From positions 240,126,001-240,190,000 of the forward strand of contig OZ024743.1 in assembly GCA_964016885.1 (NCBI GenBank): a stretch of DNA of 64,000 nucleotides. Reading direction: 5' to 3'. This document shows, in pieces, positions 25,214 to 37,300 of the stretch. Under the pieces are notes generated by a model that was not told where the DNA came from, ran no database searches, and saw only the letters and a list, made by a program, of their open reading frames with translations. Every line of letters begins with the position of its first letter. Position 1 is the first letter of the stretch. Source of the stretch: Eledone cirrhosa (lineage: Eukaryota). A program made the translations under genes and the position numbers.

Positions 25214-26737
25214 CAAGGCGGTTGATTTCTCATAGGAGTGTCAATCCAGTTACAGATCAGGTGCGGTCTCAGATGAGGACAGCATCTGAAGATCTGTCTT
25301 TGAATTAAGGCAAGCGGAAGTGTCTCTCAAGTTTAGCAAAATCCTATACTTTTCTGTGGTACACAAAGAACAATTCTTTGTGCCCCTTTGGTACTCCCTC
25401 GAATGGTCTAATATAGATCAATCAATAGAGTACGGGATGTTACTATCCTTGAGTTCCCACACCTTACTTGCGAGGGCCGTTGATGTTCGTTTATCGGAGT
25501 GCTTAAAAGAAGCGACATGTGAGTAAAATCTGGTTTTAAACCTGTTCTGGGTCATACCGACATATCGCTCACTCCTGGCTGGCTGGTTGTTGATTACTGG
25601 TGTTATCGTAACCTCATGAACGACAGATTTAGTGTTACATCTACCCTGCAATGGGCATTCGTCCGGCTTCCTGCAACTGCATCCTGGATTTATTCTCGTC
25701 CGGTTTGAGCTGGTGATTTTGGACTTCATAGATGGGCAACAAGAGTAGCTGATCTTGACTACGTTCCTATTAAATATCTTATAGTATCTATGATTAGGAG
25801 GAAAATGTTTGTCTAATAGTTCAAGGAATTTCCTTCCTACATTAGTTTTGACAGTTAGAGAGAAGGGGGGTGTGAACCAAATAATCTTCCTTTTCCTGTT
25901 ATTGTGGTTAGTTTTAGGGGGGGGGGGGGGAGTAGGTAAATAAGAATTTTTTTCTGTAAAACCGCTGTTCTTAAGGGCTTTATTATAATAAGGGGCGGCT
26001 TTATTAAAAATGTCTATAGACGTAGATAAGGTAGAAATCCTACGGCTAATGTTAGGAATAAGATTATTAAAAACTATAGGGGGATGGCAGGACTCTTTGT
26101 GTATATACCTAAGATTTTCGTTAGGTTTATGGTAGGGTTTAAAAGAGGCAGTAAGTAAATCAAGATTAATATCAAGAAAGTTAGCATTAGTAAGGTTCGT
26201 ATCTATAGTAATTTTAAGGTTAAGATTAGCAAAAGTATTGATTAAATCTTTACGGAATTTATCAAGGTCATGGCCGTTGGTGGTATGAGAAACTGCTAAT
26301 CCGTCATCACGGTATAAACCGATATTATGGGACGGAAATTTCTCTTTGAGGGTGTGGAGAAGGAACAATCCAACTAAGTCACACACATCCGCACTGTCAT
26401 ATGAACCCATTGCGACATCAAAAGAGTTTTCAGGGTTTGACTTTTTAACCCAAATATTATCATTAGTAAAAAGTAAAGTTTTTCTAGCATGGAGGATAAT
26501 GTCTTCTTCTAATTTAGAAATATTAATGGAGGGTCTTGCAAAATCTAAGGCCTTAGTTAATAAGGAAACAGTAATAGAAGGGTAAAAATCGACAATATCA
26601 AACTGGGTAAATCTACACTTATTTTTACCTTGTATATTATTGAACCAAGAAATAACAGAGGAAGTATTTAGCCACTGTCAGTGTTAGTTCTGATTTGGAG
26701 AATTATTTTTCTTAAGATAATCTTACTTACATAATCT
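25214..26737 (-). pseudogene. Penelope-like element (Naiad-type) reverse transcriptase + GIY-YIG endonuclease, 5'-truncated and disrupted
   Basis: ORF 25418-26410 has MGSYDSADVCDLVGLFLL, GLYRDDGL, FLDINLDL, RKIIWFTPPFS, CSCRKPDECPLQGRC and VVH...YVGMT...FKTRFYSH. Manual translation upstream across frameshifts gives QWLNTSSVISWF and FTQFDIVDFYPSI. Beyond the TGA at 25418-25420 it reads SILDHSREYQRGTKNCSLCTTEKYRILLN...LNSKT. Confidence 0.92.
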
Positions 26738-27031
26738 CACTTCCGCTTGCCTTAATTCAAAGACTGAGATCTTCAGATGCTGTCCTCATCTGAGACCGCA
26801 CCTGATCTGTAACTGGATTGACACTCCTATGAGAAATCAACCGCTTTGAACTCCTTCTCCCGCTCTTTACTTCTGCTACGGTTTTTATTTTACTGTTTCT
26901 ACGTTCTGTACTCTTGTATACCTACATTTATTATATATTTTTTTCTCCCTTACCTCCCCTTATATTTTACCTTCTCCTATGCGGCCCCCACATATATTCT
27001 TTTTGCCTTGCCCTCCACATACCTATGTGTA

Positions 27032-27081
<50 letters not shown>

Positions 27082-27230
27082 TATATGTATATATATATAG
27101 ATATGTGTGTGTATGTGTGTATGTATATATGTTTATACGGTTGTGTGTGTGTGCCTGTGTGTATGTATTTATATATGTATGTATTTGTGTGTGTGTGTAT
27201 ATATGTGTATGTGTGGATAAGCCAGGTTTC

Positions 27231-27291
27231 TCTCATCCTGAAGATTGTAGGAACATTTTTTTTGCTTTTAAGAAACCCTTGGTAAATGGAA
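27231..27291 (+). ncRNA. Degenerate hammerhead ribozyme motif (second tandem copy)
   Basis: CTGAAGA...GCTTTTAA-GAAA-CCCTTGG-TA-AATGGAA. The core is intact but stems I and II are partly mismatched. Homologous to 28707-28766. Confidence 0.62.
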
Positions 27292-27459
27292 TAATTGCCT
27301 TATGTTGCTTTAATACTTTACTACTATATATACGTATATGTAAGGTCCTTATGGTTTATCTAAGATTGAGTTTTACATACACACACGCATATACGTGTGT
27401 GTATGCGTATGCATGTGTGTGGGCGTGGTTGTGTATGTGTGTATATGTGTATATGCATG

Positions 27460-27490
<31 letters not shown>

Positions 27491-27557
27491 ATATGTATAT
27501 GTGTGTGTGTATATATGTGTGTGTGTGTACATATGTGCGTGTGTATATATTGATAAT

Positions 27558-27627
<70 letters not shown>

Positions 27628-28069
27628 TGTTCTTTTGTGCGTGTTTATGATATATACGTATTTGTATGTGTATAATTGTTTAGCTATGTATGTATATGTG
27701 TGTGTATGTGTACGTGTGTATATATATGTGTGTGTGTACGTTTGTATTTATGTAATTATATGTGTGCTTGTGTATGCATATATGTGTGTGTGTGCATATA
27801 GTTGTATACACATATGTGTGTGTATAGATTGTACACTTGTGCGTGGTTATGCATGTATGCGTATGTATGCGGTTATGTATTTGTATTTGAAAAATTTTTT
27901 TATGTGTGAGAGTGTGTGAATGCGTTGACTATTTCGTGCGTATGTATATGTGCTTTTGTGTATGTGTATGTGTGTGTGTATATGCTTGTGTGTGTGTGTA
28001 TATGTGTGTGTGTGTATGTGTGTGTGTGTGTATATATATATATATGTATGTATGCGTGTGTGTGTGTAG

Positions 28070-28158
<89 letters not shown>

Positions 28159-28706
28159 TTTGTATATGTTTGTTCTTAGAGGAACAAAGGCAGACAGATT
28201 TCTGTATTCAGATTGGAGCCAATCCTTATCATTGGCTTTCTCTTTAGCTTACAGGTGTCTGTAAGATCAGTATGGGGTCAGTCATGGTAGATAGATTTGG
28301 AGGAAGGGGAGATTCCTTAAAAGCTAAATTCTTAAAGGTTCTAGTATATTGACCAAGGTTTGGGGAATTCTGTGGACAATTTCTAAGTATAATCTATACA
28401 ACTGTAGCCATAAATTCACGAGACACTTTCAACAGAACATACCCTGCGCGTATGCGCGCATACGCGCACACACATGTGTATGGGGGAAATATATTTATAT
28501 TTGTATACGCGTGCGTGCGTGCGCGCATACACATGCGCGAGCGTGTGTGTGTGTGTGTGTGTGTGTGTTTTCGTGTATGTGTGGTTGTATGGGTAGTCTT
28601 ATTTTGTTTTTATTTTTTCCTTTCCTTCTTCCTTCTCCAGCCTCACTTTCATATAGCTTCCTTTTTTTGTTTTTAAGATCCAAATTCAATAAACAAACCA
28701 GGATTT

Positions 28707-28766
28707 TTTCGTTCTGAGGATTGAAAGCAAAACCTTTTGCTTTTAAGAAGCCACTGGTAAATGGAA
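28707..28766 (+). ncRNA. Minimal type I hammerhead ribozyme motif (PLE-type), GAAG variant
   Basis: TTTCGTT-CTGAGGA-TTGAAAGCAAAA(CC)TTTTGCTTTTAA-GAAG-CCACTGG-TA-AATGGAA: 7-bp stem I with GU pairs, 12-bp stem II, palindromic short stem III, GUA cleavage triplet. Confidence 0.8.
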
Positions 28767-28901
28767 TAATTGCCTTATGTTGTTTATTACATAATAATAA
28801 TTAAGCTCTGTTGCTTACATAGAGCACTCTTTTTCCCTGGACTTTTCCGACGGAATTACTTCATTCACACATATATATATATATATACATACATATATAT
28901 A

Positions 28902-28937
<36 letters not shown>

Positions 28938-28957
28938 CTCATATATACATATATATA

Positions 28958-29019
<62 letters not shown>

Positions 29020-29021
29020 TA

Positions 29022-29055
<34 letters not shown>

Positions 29056-29764
29056 CTCATATATACATATATATATATATGTATATGTATACTCTCCTTG
29101 CTTTCATATTTCTCCTTACTCATTTGTATATAAACAAGTACATAGATACAAGGAGAAGGGGAGAGTAAGGAGAGCAAGGAGAGCAATGTGAAAATGAGAG
29201 CAAGGGGAGGTTAAGGCAAATATTGCTCAAGTTATGCTGGAAGCAGACAAAAGTGACGAAGAAAAAATCATTCTGCACCAAAATGACTTTTCTACCTTTA
29301 CAAACATCAAGTTTTCGTCTTTTCTAACTCCTGGTACTTTCTATCAGCACAGAGTGCAAGGAAAGCAAGGAGAAAAGGAGAGCAATAAGAAAAGGAGAAC
29401 AGGGAGAGCAATGATAAAAGGAGAGCAAGGAGAGTAATGATAAAAGGAGAGCAAGGAGAGTAAGGATAAAAGGAGAGCATGGAGAGCAAGGAGAACAGGG
29501 AGAGCAATGATAAAAGCAGAGCAAGGAGAGCAAGGATAAAAGGAGAGCAAGGAGACCAATGAGAAAAGAAGAGCAAGGAGAACAATGAGGAAAGGAGAGC
29601 AAGGAGAGCAAGGAGAGCAAGGAGAGCAAGGAGAGCAAGGAGAACAATGAGATCAAGGATAAAAAGAGAGTAAGAAGAGCGATGAGAAAAGGAGAGCAAA
29701 GATAAAAGGAGAGCAATGAGAAAAGGAGAGCAAGGATAAAAGGAGAGCAATGAGAGCAAAAAGA

Positions 29765-29828
29765 GCAAAACCTTTTGCTTTTAAGAAACCACTGGTAAAT
29801 GGAATAATTACCTTATGTTGTTTATTAC

Positions 29829-29832
<4 letters not shown>
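29765..29832 (+). mobile_element. Extra PLE 3'-end fragment: 3' half of the hammerhead plus tail, ending in (TA)n
   Basis: GCAAAACCTTTTGCTTTTAAGAAACCACTGGTAAATGGAATAATTACCTTATGTTGTTTATTACATAA matches ~28727-28794 but has canonical GAAA and lacks CTGANGA. Confidence 0.8.
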
Positions 29833-29870
<38 letters not shown>

Positions 29871-29874
<4 letters not shown>

Positions 29875-30028
29875 AAAATCTTCGACCCCGACGGCAGAGC
29901 TCAAGCCGTCGAAACGGCTTCAGTTCTGCCGTCGGTGTCAAACATTTTCCTAATACCCACTCTACTACCCTAAGTATTGAGTACTCAGGTGCGTTATGGC
30001 CCGTCTGGTTCCTTACCACACCTTCGTT
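29871..30028 (+). mobile_element. Unclassified short (TA)n-embedded element, copy C with ~82-bp fold-back
   Basis: 29871-29952 is palindromic around AGCCGTCGAAACGGCT, followed by the shared body. Confidence 0.8.
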
Positions 30029-30080
30029 ATATATATATATATATATATATGTATGAATATATATATATGTGTGTGTGTGG

Positions 30081-30141
<61 letters not shown>

Positions 30142-30250
30142 TGATGATAGCTAAGATGCTTCCATAGGCGATATGCCGGTTGAGCATACTCTTACAGAGC
30201 ACAGTATGATAGAATAGAAAACGAAAATTCAGCATCTGCACTCAATTTAA

Positions 30251-30280
30251 TTGAGCTCTGCCGTCGGGGTCATACTTTTT

Positions 30281-30328
<48 letters not shown>

Positions 30329-30424
30329 AAAAAGTATGACCCCGACGGCAGAGCTCAAGCCGTTTCGACGGATATTTCTGGTGCGTTAATGGTCCATCTG
30401 GTTCCTTACCACAATTCCTTTGTT
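30251..30424 (+). mobile_element. Unclassified short (TA)n-embedded element, copy D, internally deleted, with an inverted end fragment across the (TA)n
   Basis: 30251-30283 is the reverse complement of ~30326-30358, and the two are separated by (TA)n. Confidence 0.75.
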
Positions 30425-30426
30425 AT

Positions 30427-30470
<44 letters not shown>

Positions 30471-30849
30471 ATATATATATAAGGGATAAGAAAATATCGT
30501 TATAGGTAAACCAGTTAGAGGTTGTGAATACTTCGTATTGTCGATAGCGTACGGCGTTGTTTGACTCAACAAGAGGTTTCCGTAGGTGGCGTGTTTATGA
30601 GTTCTCTTGCATTCCTTGGTAAGTTTATCTTGGAGTAATAATATTGAAAGAGTGAAGAATAACATGGTCAACAGTACAAAAAAGGGTTTTATTTACAGTA
30701 TTAAACATTGTTTCACTGATTAAGTTGTCTAAAAATTGCTGAACACTTGAAGCTGTTCCACTCAATTTTAAATACGTTGTTAGCTTAACCAGATCATCAG
30801 AGGACTGTTGAAAATATGCTCAGCGTCTACGAATTCAAATTACATCATT

Positions 30850-31130
30850 AATAAAGAAAGAGAAAGAAAAAAGAAAGAGAGAGAAAAAATAAAGAGAGTG
30901 AAAAGAAGAGTAAAAAGAAAAAGGGAAAAGGATATAGAGAAAAAAGACAGAGAGAAAGAAGAGAAAAGGATGAAGAAAAAAAGATAAAAGATTAAGAAAA
31001 AGAAAAAGAAAAACAAAGAGAAAAAACAATGGCAACAACAATAAATGAATAAATGCAAATAAACAGTTACAACGAGGATGATAAAAAAACAATACAAAAT
31101 ATGATATAAAATAAATTTAAAAAATGTTAT
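30850..31130. repeat. Purine-rich (A/GA) low-complexity tract
   Basis: Direct reading. Confidence 0.85.
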
Positions 31131-31323
31131 GTGTGCGAAGAAAAGTAAACATAGTATGATTATTGAGAGTAGTTGTGGTGTTGGTGGTTAAAATATAGAG
31201 ATATGATGGTATAAACATGAAAATGTTAAATATATTCATGTATGTATTAGTTACATTAATAAATTAATTAAAAAGTTAATTAATTAATTAATTAATTGTA
31301 AGATATATTAGAAGTGAAAATCG

Positions 31324-34300
31324 ACTAGATACCATCCACTAGACACCATCCACTAGACACCATCCACTAGACACCATTCACTAGACACCATCCACTAGAC
31401 ACCATCCACTAGACACCATCCACTAGACACCATCCACTAGACACCATTCACTAGACACCATTCACTAGACACCATTCACTAGACACCATCCACTAGACAC
31501 CATCCACTACACACCATTCACTAGACACCATCCACTAGACACCATCCACTAGACACCATCAACTAGACACCATCCACTAGACACCATCCACTAGACACCA
31601 TCCACTAGACACCATCCACTAGACACCATTCACTAGACACCATCCACTAGACACCATCCACTAGACACCATCCACTAGACACCATCCACTAGACACCATT
31701 CACTAGACACCATTCACTAGACACCATCCACTAGACACCATCCACTAGACACCATCCACTACACACCATTCACTAGACACCATCCACTAGACACCATCCA
31801 CTAGACACCATCCACTAGACACCATCCACTAGACACCATTCACTAGACACCATCCACTAGACACCACCCACTAGACACCATTCACTAGACACCATCCACT
31901 AGACACCATCCACTAGACACCATCCACTAGACACCATTCACTAGACACCATCCACTAGACACCATCCACTGGACACCATCCACTAGACACCATCCACTAG
32001 ACACCATCCACTAGACACCATCCACTAGACACCATCTACTAGACACCATCCACTACACACCATCCACTAGACACCATCCACTAGACACCATCCACTAGAC
32101 ACCATCCACTAGACACCATCCACTAGACACCATTCACTAGACACCATCCACTAGACACCATCCACTAGACACCATCCACTAGACACCATTCACTAGACAC
32201 CATCCACTAGACACCATCCACTAGACACCATCTACTAGACACCATCCACTACACACCATCCACTAGACACCATCCACTAGACACCATCCACTAGACACCA
32301 TCCACTAGACACCATCCACTAGACACCATCCACTAGACACCATCCACTAGACACCATTCACTAGACACCATCCACTAGACACCATCCACTAGACACCATC
32401 CACTAGACACCATTCACTAGACACCATCCACTAGACACCATCCACTAGACACCATCTACTAGACACCATCCACTACACACCATCCACTAGACACCATCCA
32501 CTAGACACCATCCACTAGACACCATCCACTAGACACCATCTACTAGACACCATCCACTACACACCATCCACTAGACACCATCCACTAGACACCATCCACT
32601 AGACACCATTCACTAGACACCATCCACTAGACACCATTCAATGGACACCATCCACTAGACACCATTTAATGGACACCATCCACTAGATAAAAGCCACTAG
32701 ACACCATTCACTAGATACCATCCACTAGACACCATCCACTAGACACCATCCACTAGACACCACCCACTAGACACCATCCACTAGACACCATTCACTAGAC
32801 ACCATCCACTAGACACCATTCACTAGACACCATCCACTAGACACCATCCACTAGACACCATCCACTAGACACCATCCACTAGACACCATTCACTAGACAC
32901 CATCCACTAGACACCATTCACTAGACACCATCCACTAGATACCAGCCACTAGACACCATTAACTAGATACCATCCACTAGACACCATCCACTAGACACCA
33001 TCCACTAGACACCATCCACTAGACACCATCCACTAGACACCATCCACTAGACACCATTCACTAGACACCATCCACTAGACACCATTCACCAGACACCATC
33101 CACTAGACACCATCCACTAGACACCATCCACTAGACACCATCCACTAGATACCATCCACTAGACACCATCCACTAGACACCATCCACTAGATACCATCCA
33201 CTAGTCACCATTCACTAGACACCATCCACTAGACACCATCCACTAGATACCATCCACTAGATACCATCCACTAGACACCATTCACTAGACACCATCAACT
33301 AGATACCTTCCACTAGACACCATCCACTAGACACCATCCACTAGATACCATCCACTAGACACCATTCACTAGACACCATCAACTAGATACCTTCCACTAG
33401 ACACCATCCACTAGACACCATCCAATAGATACCACCCAATAGACACCGTCCACTAGATACTATCCACTAGATACCATCCCCTAGACACCGTCCACTAGAC
33501 ACCGTCCACTAGATACCATCCACTAGATACCATCCACTAGACACCGTCCACTAGACACCATCCACTAGATACCATCCACTAGATATCATCCACTAGACAC
33601 CGTCCACTAGATACCATCCACTAGATACCATCCACTAGACACCGTCCAATAGACACCATCCACTAGACACCATCTACTAGATACCATCCACTAGATACCA
33701 TCCACTAGACACCGTCCACTAGATACCATCCACTAGATACCATCCACTAGACACCGTCCACTAGACACCATCCACTAGATACTATCCACTAGATACCATC
33801 CCCTAGACACCGTCCACTAGACACCATCCACTAGATACCATCCACTAGATATCATCCACTAGACACCGTCCAATAGACACCATCCACTAGATACCATCCA
33901 CTAGACACCGTCCAATAGACACCGTCCACTAGATACCATCCACTAGATACCATCCACTAGACACCGTCCAATAGACACCATCCACTAGATACTATCCACT
34001 AGATACCATCCCCTAGACACCGTCCACTAGACACCGTCCAATAGACACCATCCACTAGATACTATCCACTAGATACCATCCACTAGACACCGTCCAATAG
34101 ACACCGTCCAATAGACACCGTCCACTAGATACCATCCACTAGATACCATCCACTAGACACCATCTACTAGATACCATCCACTAGATACCATCCACTAGAC
34201 ACCATCCACTATCTACTATCTACTAGACACCATCCATAGATACCATCCACTAGATACCATCCACTAGACACCATCCACTATCTACTATCTACTAGACACC

Positions 34301-37300
34301 ATCCATAGATACCATCCCTAGATACCATCCACTAGACACCATCTACTAGACACCATCCACTAGACACCATCCACTAGATACAATCCACTAGACACCATCC
34401 ACTAGACACCATCCACTAGACACCATCCACTAGACACCATCCACTAGATACCAGCCCCAAGACACCATTCACTAGACACCATCCACTAGACACCATCCAC
34501 TACACACCACCCACTAGACACCATCCACTAGACACCATTCACTAGACACCATCCACTAGACACCATTCACTAGACACTATCTACTAGACACCATTCACTA
34601 GACACCATTCACTAGACACTATCTACTAGACACCATTCACTAGACACCATCCACTAGACACCATCCACTACACCATCTACTAGACACCATTCACTAGACA
34701 CCATTCACTAGACACTATCTACTAGACACCATTCACTAGGCACCATCCACTACACACCACCCACTAGACACCATCCACTAGACCCTATCCACTAGACACC
34801 ATTCACTAGACACCATCCACTAGACACCATTCACTAGACACCATCCACTAGACACCATCCACTAGACACCATCCACTAGACACCATCCACTAGACACCAT
34901 CCACTAGACACCATTCACTAGACACCATCCACTAGACACCATCCACTAGACACCATCCACTAGACACCATCCACTAGAGACCATCCACTAGACACCATCC
35001 ACTAGACACCATCCACTAGACACCATCCACTAGATACCATCCACTAGACACCATCCACTAGACACCATCCACTAGACACCATCCACTAGACACCATCCAC
35101 TAGACACCATCCACTAGACACCATCCACTAGACACCATCCACTATCTACTATCTACTAGACACCATCCATAGATACCATCCCTAGATACCATCCACTAGA
35201 CACCATACACTAGACACCGTCCACATCACACCATCCACTAGATACCGTCCACTAGACACCATCCACTAGATACCATCCACTAGACACCATCCACTAGACA
35301 CCGTCCACTAGACACCATCCACTAGACACCATCCACTAGATACCGTCAACTAGACACCATCCACTAGTTACCATCCACTAGATACCATCCACTAGACACC
35401 ATCCACTAGATACCATCCATTAGACACCGTCCACTAGACACCATCCACTATACACCATCCACTAGATACCAACCACTAGATAACATCCACTAGACACCAT
35501 CCACTAGATACCATCCACTAGATACTATCCACTATATACCATCCACTAGATTCCATCCACTAGATTCCATCCACTAGATACCATCCACTAGACACCATCC
35601 ACTATCTACTAGACACCATCCACTAGACACCGTCCACTAAACACCATCCACTAGATACCATCCACTAGATACCATCCACTAGACACCATCCACTAGACAC
35701 CATCCACTAGACACCATCTACTAGACACCATCCACTAGACACCATCCACTAGACACCATCCACTAGACACCATCCACTAGACACCATCCACTAGACACCA
35801 TCCACTAGACACCATCCACTAGACACCATTCACTAGACACCATCCACTAGACACCATTCAATGGACACCATCCACTAGACACCATTTAATGGACACCATC
35901 CACTAGATAAAAGCCACTAGACACCATTCACTAGATACCATCCACTAGACACCATCCACTAGACACCATCCACTAGACACCACCCACTAGACACCATCCA
36001 CTAGACACCATTCACTAGACACCATCCACTAGACACCATTCACTAGACACCATCCACTAGACACCATCCACTAGACACCATCCACTAGACACCATCCACT
36101 AGACACCATTCACTAGACACCATCCACTAGACACCATTCACTAGACACCATCCACTAGATACCAGCCACTAGACACCATTAACTAGATACCATCCACAAG
36201 ACACCATCCACTAGACACCATCCACTAGACACCATCCACTAGACACCATCCACTAGACACCATCCACTAGACACCATTCACTAGACACCATCCACTAGAC
36301 ACCATTCACCAGACACCATCCACTAGACACCATCCACTAGACACCATCCACTAGACACCATCCACTAGATACCATCCACTAGACACCATCCACTAGACAC
36401 CATCCACTAGATACCATCCACTAGTCACCATTCACTAGACACCATCCACTAGACACCATCCACTAGATACCATCCACTAGATACCATCCACTAGACACCA
36501 TTCACTAGACACCATCAACTAGATACCTTCCACTAGACACCATCCACTAGACACCATCCACTAGATACCATCCACTAGACACCATTCACTAGACACCATC
36601 AACTAGATACCTTCCACTAGACACCATCCACTAGACACCATCCAATAGATACCACCCAATAGACACCGTCCACTAGATACTATCCACTAGATACCATCCC
36701 CTAGACACCGTCCACTAGACACCGTCCACTAGATACCATCCACTAGATACCATCCACTAGACACCGTCCACTAGACACCATCCACTAGATACCATCCACT
36801 AGATATCATCCACTAGACACCGTCCACTAGATACCATCCACTAGATACCATCCACTAGACACCGTCCAATAGACACCATCCACTAGACACCATCTACTAG
36901 ATACCATCCACTAGATACCATCCACTAGACACCGTCCACTAGATACCATCCACTAGATACCATCCACTAGACACCGTCCACTAGACACCATCCACTAGAT
37001 ACTATCCACTAGATACCATCCCCTAGACACCGTCCACTAGACACCATCCACTAGATACCATCCACTAGATATCATCCACTAGACACCGTCCAATAGACAC
37101 CATCCACTAGATACCATCCACTAGACACCGTCCAATAGACACCGTCCACTAGATACCATCCACTAGATACCATCCACTAGACACCGTCCAATAGACACCA
37201 TCCACTAGATACTATCCACTAGATACCATCCCCTAGACACCGTCCACTAGACACCGTCCAATAGACACCATCCACTAGATACTATCCACTAGATACCGTC

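Larger units (their letters stand above)
22258..25322 (-). repeat. Left arm (~3.07 kb) of long inverted repeat: PLE ORF end, 3' region and downstream flank
   Basis: Reverse complement of 26738-29768. The ORF track shows mirrored peptides, e.g. 22580-22783(-) equals 29234-29437(+), and 24920-25216(-) resembles 26846-27100(+). Confidence 0.95.
26738..29768 (+). repeat. Right arm (~3.03 kb) of long inverted repeat (inverted pLTR-like copy)
   Basis: Starts CACTTCCGCTTGCCTTAATTC (reverse complement of 25302-25322) and ends in the GA-rich minisatellite. It differs from the left arm by a few SNPs/indels and microsatellite lengths. Confidence 0.95.

Noticed and set aside
25418-25420. In-frame TGA in a Naiad-type ORF as possible selenocysteine (some Naiads are reported to encode selenoproteins)
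   Set aside because: The context YSID*SIL corresponds to a typically conserved Trp (TGG>TGA), not a Cys, and the copy has several frameshifts. No SECIS was recognised by eye. A SECISearch run plus TGA conservation across copies would be needed to revive the idea.
22258-29768. Palindrome as a pure fold-back sequencing artefact, or as a TIR DNA transposon/Polinton
   Set aside because: The arms differ by SNPs, a 2-bp indel and repeat lengths, and they enclose a unique loop encoding a PLE RT rather than a transposase or integrase. Read-level confirmation is still advisable.
30506-30624. Possible host exon (TATAG acceptor, G|GTAAGT donor)
   Set aside because: There are stops in all three frames and no recognisable protein similarity. 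It cannot be supported without RNA-seq.
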